DNA of 32,000 nt from Alistipes senegalensis JC50 (GTDB lineage: Bacteria; Bacteroidota; Bacteroidia; Bacteroidales; Rikenellaceae), in contig NZ_CP102252.1 in NCBI RefSeq assembly GCF_025145645.1, forward strand, positions 943,181 to 975,180, in the 5' to 3' direction. Positions within the stretch are counted from its first letter, which is position 1. Each line of letters opens with the position of its first letter. Below, piece after piece: positions 15,454-21,481 of the stretch. Below the pieces are notes generated by a model. That model was not told the DNA's origin, ran no database searches, and saw nothing but the letters and a program-made list of their open reading frames with translations. Position numbers and translations under genes: made by a program.

Positions 15454-16152
15454 TTATTTGGTTTCTACTGATTTGGAATCAATCTGCACGCCGGGGCTCA
15501 TGGTGGTCGAGAGATAGATACTCTTCACATAAGAACCTTTGGCAGCAGCCGGTTTGAGCTTGATGATCATATTCAGCACCTCTTTCGCGTTTTCCACGAT
15601 CTGATCCGCCGAGAACGACACCTTGCCCACCGTCGTGTGGATGATACCGAACTTATCGACCTTGAAGTCGATCTTACCGGCCTTCACCTCGCCTACGGCT
15701 TTGCCGACTTCCATCGTCACCGTACCGGTCTTGGGGTTCGGCATCAGGCCGCGGGGACCCAGAATACGGCCCAGCGCACCCACCTTGCCCATCACATTGG
15801 GAGTACAGATGATCACGTCAACGTCGGTCCAGCCGGCCTTGATCTTGTCAACATACTCGTCCAGACCTACATAGTCGGCGCCTGCGGCCTGTGCCTCGGC
15901 CTCCTTCTCGGGAGTACAGAGCACCAGCACACGCACCGTCTTGCCGGTTCCGTGGGGCAGCGTCACCACGCCGCGGACCATCTGGTTCGCCTTGCGCGGG
16001 TCTACGCCCAAACGCACGTCGATATCCACCGAAGCGTCGAATTTCGTGAACGTAATTTCCTTCAGAAGAGCGGCAGCCTCCGAGAGCTTGTAAGCCTTAC
16101 CGGCTTCCACCTTAGCGTAGGCGATCTTTTGATTTTTTGTCAACTTACTCAT
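15454..16152 (-). CDS. rplA: 50S ribosomal protein L1
   Basis: 232 aa with typical L1 motifs: ...[19 protein letters not shown]... and [15 protein letters not shown]. Confidence 0.96.
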   Translation of the reverse strand: MSKLTKNQKIAYAKVEAGKAYKLSEAAALLKEITFTKFDASVDIDVRLGVDPRKANQMVRGVVTLPHGTGKTVRVLVLCTPEKEAEAQAAGADYVGLDEYVDKIKAGWTDVDVIICTPNVMGKVGALGRILGPRGLMPNPKTGTVTMEVGKAVGEVKAGKIDFKVDKFGIIHTTVGKVSFSADQIVENAKEVLNMIIKLKPAAAKGSYVKSIYLSTTMSPGVQIDSKSVETK

Positions 16153-16163
16153 CTTCTTCGCAA

Positions 16164-16604
16164 TTACATATTAGGAAATTCTCCGACGACATTGATACCC
16201 ATACTGCGGGCAGTACCGGCAACCATGCGCATCGCGGCCTCCAACGTAAAGCAGTTCATGTCAGGCATCTTGCCCTGAGCGATCTCGCGGATCTGATCCC
16301 ACGTCACCTGTCCCACCTTGTCGCGGTTGGGCTGTGCGGAACCTTTCTGCACTTTCGCTGCTTCTTTGAGCTGGACGGCTACGGGCGGCTGTTTTACAAC
16401 GAAATCGAACGATTTGTCGCTGTAAACCGTGATGATGACCGGAAGAACCTTTCCCGCCTTGTCCTGCGTACGTGCATTGAACTGCTTGCAGAAGTCCATG
16501 ATATTGACTCCCTTAGAACCCAATGCGGGACCAACCGGGGGCGAAGGATTGGCGGCACCACCTTTGATCTGCAATTTAATAAATGCAGCAACCTCTTTTG
16601 CCAT
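16164..16604 (-). CDS. rplK: 50S ribosomal protein L11
   Basis: 146 aa starting [43 protein letters not shown]. Confidence 0.96.
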   Translation of the reverse strand: MAKEVAAFIKLQIKGGAANPSPPVGPALGSKGVNIMDFCKQFNARTQDKAGKVLPVIITVYSDKSFDFVVKQPPVAVQLKEAAKVQKGSAQPNRDKVGQVTWDQIREIAQGKMPDMNCFTLEAAMRMVAGTARSMGINVVGEFPNM

Positions 16605-16620
16605 AGTTTTCCTTGGTTAA

Positions 16621-17181
16621 TTATTCTTTTTCTACTTGAGTGAAACCCAACTCCATAGGAGTTTTGCGCCCGAATATCTTCACCGATACCGTGAGTTTCT
16701 TGCGCTCATTGTCAACTGCCTCGATAGTACCTTGGAAGCTCGAGAAAGGACCGTCCGTAACCTTTACGGTCTCGCCGACAAAGAATGGTATTTCGTTTTC
16801 CTCCTCCATGGCGTTCATCTCATCGACACGGCCCAGGATGCGCGCGACCTCCTGCGGACGCAGGGGCGTGGCGTTCATCTTGCGGCTGTCCTCTTTGGTG
16901 TCGCCTAAGAAACCCAGCACATTGGGAGTATTGCGAATTATAATCGGAATCTGGCCCACGAAAGCGGCCTCCACCAACACGTAGCCCGGATAAGAAACCT
17001 TCTCTTTCGAAACTTTCTTACCGTTGCGGATGGTATAGACTTTTTCCGTAGGGATCAGCACCTGGGAGATGTAGTCTTCGAGGTGGTTGTGACGGATTTC
17101 TGCTTCGATATACTCCTTCACTTTCGCCTCCTTGCCGCCGATGGCACGGACTACATACCACTGTTTCTTAATCTCGCTCAT
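16621..17181 (-). CDS. nusG: Transcription termination/antitermination factor NusG
   Basis: 186 aa with an NGN domain (WYVVRAIGGKE) and a C-terminal KOW domain (GETVKVTDGPFSSFQGTIE). Confidence 0.95.
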   Translation of the reverse strand: MSEIKKQWYVVRAIGGKEAKVKEYIEAEIRHNHLEDYISQVLIPTEKVYTIRNGKKVSKEKVSYPGYVLVEAAFVGQIPIIIRNTPNVLGFLGDTKEDSRKMNATPLRPQEVARILGRVDEMNAMEEENEIPFFVGETVKVTDGPFSSFQGTIEAVDNERKKLTVSVKIFGRKTPMELGFTQVEKE

Positions 17182-17196
17182 TGGATTCAGCAGAAA

Positions 17197-17394
17197 TTAA
17201 CGGCCAAGATTACCCAGGGTCTTGTAAATGGCGGCCATCATGTTCTCGAACGTCAGGTCCATCGCCAGTACGACAATGGCGAAGATGGCCGAAGCCACCA
17301 TCACGACCACCGTCGAGCTTTGAAGTTGCGGGAACGTAGGCCACGTCACCTTGTTTACAAGCTCGTTATAGGATTCTTTGATGTAATTCAACAT
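17197..17394 (-). CDS. secE: Preprotein translocase subunit SecE
   Basis: 65 aa with a single C-terminal TM helix and the conserved context tRNA-Trp/secE/nusG. Confidence 0.85.
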   Translation of the reverse strand: MLNYIKESYNELVNKVTWPTFPQLQSSTVVVMVASAIFAIVVLAMDLTFENMMAAIYKTLGNLGR

Positions 17395-17411
17395 ATCTTC
17401 TTCCTTTATTT

Positions 17412-17485
17412 TGGCAGGAGCAGAGAGATTCGAACTCCCATCAACGGTTTTGGAGACCGCTATTCTACCCTTGAACTATGCTCCT
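17412..17485 (-). tRNA. tRNA-Trp (anticodon CCA), 3' CCA encoded
   Basis: Minus strand: AGGAGCA TA GTTC AAGGGTA GAAT A GCGGT CTCCAAA ACCGT TGAT GGGAG TTCGAAT CTCTC TGCTCCT G CCA. Confidence 0.9.
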
Positions 17486-17515
17486 AAAATGAGAAGCGGC
17501 ACGGGACCGCTTCTC
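17486..17515 (-). terminator. Hairpin + short U-tract after tuf, abutting the tRNA-Trp 5' end
   Basis: Minus strand: GAGAAGCGG TCCCGTG CCGCTTCTC ATTTT, immediately followed by tRNA-Trp position 1. Confidence 0.5.
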
Positions 17516-17526
17516 TATCGGGTCAA

Positions 17527-18714
17527 TTATTTGAGAACCTTCAGGATCTGACCTGCACCTACCGTACGGCCACCCTCGCGGATTGCGAAACGCAGACCTT
17601 CGTTGAGAGCAACGGGGTAGATCAGCTTCACGGTGATGGTCACGTGGTCGCCCGGCATAACCATATCCACGCCTGCGGGCAGGTGAACCTCACCCGTTAC
17701 GTCCATCGTACGCAGATAGAACTGGGGACGATAGTTGTTGTGGAACGGCGTGTGACGGCCACCCTCCTCTTTCTTCAGGATGTAAACCTCAGCCTCGAAC
17801 TCGGTGTGCGGGGTGATCGAGCCGGGTTTGGCGACTACCATACCACGCTTTACCTCCTTCTTGTCAATACCGCGGAGGAGCAGACCTACGTTGTCGCCGG
17901 CCTCGCCCTCGTCGAGCAGCTTGCGGAACATCTCGACACCCGTACAGGTCGAAGTCAGGGTCTTCTCCTCGAGACCTACGATCTCGACGGGATCGCCGAC
18001 GTGGATGACACCGGTTTCGATACGGCCCGTTACGACGGTACCGCGGCCGGTGATCGAGAACACGTCCTCGACAGGCATCAGGAACGGCTTCTCGTTCTCA
18101 CGCTGCGGAATGGGAATGTACTCGTCTACGGCGTTCATCAGCTCCATGATCTTCTCCTCCCACTTCGGCTCGCCGTTCAGGCCGCCGAGTGCGGAACCGC
18201 GGATAACGGGAGCGTTGTCGCCGTCATAGTCGTATTTCGAAAGCAGGTCGCGAACCTCCATCTCGACCAGGTCGAGCATTTCGGGGTCGTCCACCATGTC
18301 GCACTTGTTCAGGAAAACAACGATGCGCGGCACGTTCACCTGACGGGCGAGCAGCACGTGCTCGTTGGTCTGGGGCATCGGGCCATCCGTAGCGGCAACT
18401 ACCAGGATGGCACCGTCCATCTGAGCGGCACCCGTTACCATGTTCTTCACATAGTCGGCGTGTCCCGGGCAGTCTACGTGAGCGTAGTGGCGGGTAGCAG
18501 TCTGGTACTCAACGTGCGAGGTGTTGATCGTGATACCACGCTCTTTCTCCTCGGGGGCGTTGTCGATCGAGTCGAACGAACGGAGCTCCGAGAGGCCGTT
18601 CTTAGCCAGAACAGTCGTGATAGCTGCGGTAAGAGTGGTCTTACCGTGGTCTACGTGACCGATGGTACCGATGTTTACGTGCGGTTTCGACCGGTCGAAT
18701 TTTTCTTTTGCCAT
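17527..18714 (-). CDS. tuf: Translation elongation factor Tu
   Basis: 395 aa with [17 protein letters not shown] and NKCD GTPase motifs. Confidence 0.98.
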   Translation of the reverse strand: MAKEKFDRSKPHVNIGTIGHVDHGKTTLTAAITTVLAKNGLSELRSFDSIDNAPEEKERGITINTSHVEYQTATRHYAHVDCPGHADYVKNMVTGAAQMDGAILVVAATDGPMPQTNEHVLLARQVNVPRIVVFLNKCDMVDDPEMLDLVEMEVRDLLSKYDYDGDNAPVIRGSALGGLNGEPKWEEKIMELMNAVDEYIPIPQRENEKPFLMPVEDVFSITGRGTVVTGRIETGVIHVGDPVEIVGLEEKTLTSTCTGVEMFRKLLDEGEAGDNVGLLLRGIDKKEVKRGMVVAKPGSITPHTEFEAEVYILKKEEGGRHTPFHNNYRPQFYLRTMDVTGEVHLPAGVDMVMPGDHVTITVKLIYPVALNEGLRFAIREGGRTVGAGQILKVLK

Positions 18715-18848
18715 AGTATTTAAGTATTAAAGTATTGTTAAAAATTGTCCCAAGTTTTAATAAAATTCATTTCGCAGAACAAGCGGGCGACGCAAACTCC
18801 CCGTCCATCCGACGGAGGCGTTCGCATCACACGCTGCTGCGCATGTAG

Positions 18849-18921
18849 AGCGGAAGACGAGGCTCAAACTCGCGACCCTCAGCTTGGAAGGCTGATGCTC
18901 TATCAACTGAGCTACTTCCGC
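18849..18921 (-). tRNA. tRNA-Gly (anticodon TCC)
   Basis: Minus strand: GCGGAAG TA GCTC AGTTGATA GAGC A TCAGC CTTCCAA GCTGA GGGTC GCGAG TTTGAGC CTCGT CTTCCGC T. Note A19 and U56 in place of G19 and C56. Confidence 0.88.
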
Positions 18922-19015
18922 AAAAACATACCGTATCAGAGTCATCCTTTCCCTCGCGCCGCCTTCCGACGGCATCCGGGACCCAGCAACTCCAACCGGC
19001 ACTCTGTTTTTTTAG

Positions 19016-19098
19016 TGGGAAGTGATGGATTCGAACCACCGAAGGCGTACGCCAGCAGATTTACAGTCTGCCCCATTTGGCCACTCTGGTAACTTCCC
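19016..19098 (-). tRNA. tRNA-Tyr (anticodon GTA), long variable arm
   Basis: Minus strand: GGGAAGT...CAGACTGTAAATCTG...GGTGG TTCGAAT CCATC ACTTCCC A. This is a class II tRNA. Confidence 0.9.
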
Positions 19099-19370
19099 TT
19101 GCTTTTCTCCCGTGAGGAATTGGCACGGCCTTTTTCCTTTTTACCCGGGGATTGACTTCGCTCCGCTCCACTTGCGTTTCGCGCCGCTCGTCTTTCCCTT
19201 TCGGGGAGGCTTTCGTCCTGCCGCCGCTCGTCGTCGTAAAAAGCCCTCGTTCCTTCGGAACTCCCAGCCTCAAAACAGTTTGTCGTTTCAAACAAGTTTG
19301 ACCGTCAAACTCTTTTTCGACTGCTGCCTTTGGCAGGGTCTTTTTAGCTCCTCCTCGCGTCGGCTTTCCG
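19099..19370 (-). other. 272-nt hairpin-rich spacer between tRNA-Thr and tRNA-Tyr (candidate structured RNA, function unknown)
   Basis: There are at least six short perfect or near-perfect hairpins: 19110-19128, 19192-19209, 19249-19261, 19278-19293, 19295-19311 and 19324-19336. An 11-nt direct repeat CGCCGCTCGTC occurs at 19182-19192 and 19222-19232. Confidence 0.3.
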
Positions 19371-19444
19371 AGCCGATGGAGGGATTCGAACCCACGACCA
19401 GCTGATTACAAATCAGCTGCTCTGGCCAACTGAGCTACATCGGC
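19371..19444 (-). tRNA. tRNA-Thr (anticodon TGT)
   Basis: Minus strand: GCCGATG TA GCTC AGTTGGCCA GAGC A GCTGA TTTGTAA TCAGC TGGTC GTGGG TTCGAAT CCCTC CATCGGC T. Confidence 0.9.
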
Positions 19445-19465
19445 AGTATTCACCGTTTTGGATTG

Positions 19466-19497
19466 CAAAAGTAGGCATAAAAAATTTACCGCGCAAA
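19466..19497 (-). promoter_or_regulatory. Promoter P1 of the tRNA-tuf operon (-33 TTTG, -7 TACTTTTG on the minus strand)
   Basis: Plus-strand CAAAAGTA at 19466-19473 and CAAA at 19494-19497, with a 20-nt spacer. The box ends 21 nt upstream of the tRNA-Thr 5' end. Confidence 0.6.
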
Positions 19498-19580
19498 TTA
19501 TTCGTGATAAATTTTCCACTTTTTAACTCATCTCAAAGAACCGCGCCCCGACGCCGTTGGTTCACGGGCGAAATCGGGTG

Positions 19581-19588
19581 CAAAGATA
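19581..19588 (-). promoter_or_regulatory. Second, upstream -7 box (TATCTTTG on the minus strand), possible tandem promoter P2
   Basis: Plus-strand CAAAGATA is an exact consensus match. A partial -33 (GTTG, plus-strand CAAC at 19608-19611) lies 19 nt upstream. Confidence 0.35.
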
Positions 19589-19796
19589 GGAAAAGTTTTG
19601 GATAACGCAACAGCTTCCGCAAAAAATATCGTCTTTCTCGTCCAACTATGTCATCCGCCGGTCCGGGCGGCGCCCGCATTCCTCCCGGACAGCCCATTCC
19701 CGGACCCGTCGCACCTATTTTATATTAGAAATTCCGCTTGTTTTCTCGTACTTACAGCAAAACCGGAAAATCCTGCCGAAGCGCCCGCAATCCAGT

Positions 19797-19828
19797 TTTG
19801 GAATCGTCCGTTCTTTTCACTATCTTTC
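19797..19828 (+). promoter_or_regulatory. Promoter of the GNAT gene (-33 TTTG, -7 TATCTTTC)
   Basis: TTTG at 19797-19800, a 20-nt spacer, then TATCTTTC (7/8 match) at 19821-19828. The ATG is at 19850. Confidence 0.45.
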
Positions 19829-19849
19829 GATTTTGAAAATCTTTTACGC

Positions 19850-20371
19850 ATGGATACGATTCCCCTTTTCGGCCCCTACGCACTCAGGAGGCTCCGCGCG
19901 GAGGACGCCGTGGATATATTCCGCTCGATCGACACCCAACGCCCGTACCTCGGCCGCTGGCTGCCGTTCGTCGCCGAAACCCACTGCGTCGAACAGAGCG
20001 AAGCCGTGGTGGCCGGAATGCTCGCCGACACGGCCAATCCGGTCTACACGATCCGCGACGGCGGGGCCTTTGCCGGACTGATCGGCTTCAAATCGGCCGA
20101 CGCCGGCAAACGCAGCGTCGAGATCGGCTACTGGCTCCGCGAGGAGCAGCAGGGCAAAGGAATCATGACGGCGGCCGTGCGGGCGCTCTGCGAAACGGCC
20201 TTCGCGCAGATGGGCATGCGGCGTGTCGAGATCCGCTGCGGCGCGGGCAACCTGCCGAGCAACGCCATTCCCCGGCGGCTCGGGTTCCGGCTCAGCCATG
20301 TGGAACCGCGGGGCGAGGAGCTCTCCGACGGAGAGTGGATCGACCTGAACGTCTACGTGTCGGAGCGGTAA
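19850..20371 (+). CDS. GNAT-family N-acetyltransferase (RimJ/RimL-like)
   Basis: Start moved from TTG 19598 to ATG 19850 (MDTIPLFGPYALRRLRAEDA). It has the acetyl-CoA motif EEQQGKGIMTAAV and is 173 aa long. Confidence 0.8.
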   Translation: MDTIPLFGPYALRRLRAEDAVDIFRSIDTQRPYLGRWLPFVAETHCVEQSEAVVAGMLADTANPVYTIRDGGAFAGLIGFKSADAGKRSVEIGYWLREEQQGKGIMTAAVRALCETAFAQMGMRRVEIRCGAGNLPSNAIPRRLGFRLSHVEPRGEELSDGEWIDLNVYVSER

Positions 20372-20377
20372 AAACAC

Positions 20378-20406
20378 AGGAGGCCACCCTCCCCGGGAAG
20401 CCTCCT
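20378..20406. terminator. Hairpin between convergent GNAT and AraC genes
   Basis: AGGAGGC (20378-20384) pairs with GCCTCCT (20400-20406) across a 15-nt loop. It is weak and has no clear U-tract. Confidence 0.35.
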
Positions 20407-20427
20407 TCAATCCGGCACAGCCGGGTT

Positions 20428-21342
20428 CTATTTCTTTTTGATCGAAGCGATCAGCTGGGCGGGCGTCGCCTGCAAGTAATTCTTGCAGAAACGGCTGAAC
20501 TGCGTGTAGTGGCGGAATCCGTATTTGCTCATCAGCGCCTTGGTGCTGTCCTCGCCGTCACGGATGTCGGAGAAGACTTTGAGGGCTTTCTGACGCATCA
20601 TCCAATGGTAGACGCTGTCGTTGAAATGCTCGGCGAAGCGGCGCTTGAAGACCGAAAGGCTCATGCCCGCCAGCGAAGCCAGCTCGGCCACGCCCTGCGC
20701 CTTGTCGTAGTTGTTGCAGACGAAGACGCGGAAATTGTCCTGCGGCTGAATCATCGACTGGAAGAAATAAGCGTGCTCGGTCGGCGTGTAGAGCACCTTG
20801 ATCATCATGAAGAGTTCCGTGGCCTTCATCCGGTGGAACCGGACGCAGTTGGACATCTGCTGAATCGTAAAGATGGAGCCCAGAAGATGTTCGATGGAGG
20901 AATGCATCGAAAGCGTCGGGACGATCTCGGTCGGGATGACCGAATCGTAGGGCATCACCTTGTCGAAAATATCCTGCTCGCAGAACTCGATCCGGTGAAT
21001 GAGCGACAGCACGACCACATGGGTATCGTCATCCTGCGCCGTAGCCAGAAAACGTTCGTTGCGGGCCAGGCACACGCATTGTTTCGAGGTAACCAGCCGG
21101 ACCGTATCGGTACCGTGTTCGAGTTTGAGCGATCCCGACAGGATGAAAAGGATACGCACCATACGGTCCGCCGGGAAGACGACACCTTTTCCCGCCGCAA
21201 AGGTCAGCTGCGAAAACCTGCAATAGGTCGAGTCGCCGATGCGGCGAAACGGTGCAGGGAATGTGGGACAACTACTACAATCCGCAGTGCAATTCTCTTT
21301 CAACGACGACTCTACGAACTGCGGTTGGGGTTGATAATCCAT
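20428..21342 (-). CDS. AraC-family transcriptional regulator with N-terminal Cys-rich segment
   Basis: Start placed at MDYQPQPQF (ATG complement 21340-21342), 19-25 nt downstream of a -7 box. The C-terminal AraC HTH is GVAELASLAGMSLSVFKRRFAEHF...YGFRHYTQFSRFCKNY. The central part is cupin-like. Confidence 0.8.
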   Translation of the reverse strand: MDYQPQPQFVESSLKENCTADCSSCPTFPAPFRRIGDSTYCRFSQLTFAAGKGVVFPADRMVRILFILSGSLKLEHGTDTVRLVTSKQCVCLARNERFLATAQDDDTHVVVLSLIHRIEFCEQDIFDKVMPYDSVIPTEIVPTLSMHSSIEHLLGSIFTIQQMSNCVRFHRMKATELFMMIKVLYTPTEHAYFFQSMIQPQDNFRVFVCNNYDKAQGVAELASLAGMSLSVFKRRFAEHFNDSVYHWMMRQKALKVFSDIRDGEDSTKALMSKYGFRHYTQFSRFCKNYLQATPAQLIASIKKK

Positions 21343-21366
21343 AAAGTACCAATGTGAGATTCGGAA

Positions 21367-21374
21367 CAAAAATA
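21367..21374 (-). promoter_or_regulatory. -7 box (TATTTTTG on the minus strand) for the AraC gene
   Basis: Plus-strand CAAAAATA lies 25 nt upstream of the chosen ATG. Confidence 0.45.
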
Positions 21375-21417
21375 CAAAAAAAATCGGAAAGCCAATCTCC
21401 GAGTCGCGGCGAAAGGC

Positions 21418-21449
21418 AAAAAAAGTCCCCGCCGTCGTCGGCAGGGACT
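21418..21449 (-). terminator. Intrinsic terminator after the lipoprotein gene
   Basis: Minus strand: AGTCCCTGCC GACGAC GGCGGGGACT (one mismatch) followed by T7. Confidence 0.6.
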
Positions 21450-21481
21450 TTCCAGGATGTTGCAAACAGGCTTCGGGGCTC

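Noticed and set aside
18715-18848. Possible degenerate fourth tRNA (thrT equivalent) between tRNA-Gly and tuf
   Set aside because: No GTTCRANNC T-loop, D-arm or 7-bp acceptor pairing could be found on either strand. The region folds as a single imperfect hairpin instead.
19240-19270. SRP (4.5S) RNA-like motif CCGAAGGAAC in the tRNA spacer
   Set aside because: There is only superficial similarity to the domain IV CCGGAAGGAAGCAGC. The loop is a GAA triloop rather than GGAA, the flanking symmetric and asymmetric loops are absent, and the context inside a tRNA spacer is wrong.
18745-19405. ORFs of 70-127 aa on both strands across the tRNA cluster (18745-19092, 18757-19002, 18827-19039, 18942-19295, 19022-19405, 19061-19291)
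   Set aside because: All of them overlap the tRNA-Gly, tRNA-Tyr or tRNA-Thr genes. They have no promoter boxes and show highly basic or low-complexity translations.
19648-19728. 26-codon ORF MSSAGPGGARIPPGQPIPGPVAPILY upstream of the GNAT gene
   Set aside because: The Pro/Gly-rich translation simply reflects GC-rich DNA. There is no promoter box at the right distance and no sign of a leader-peptide or terminator arrangement like the one at hisG.
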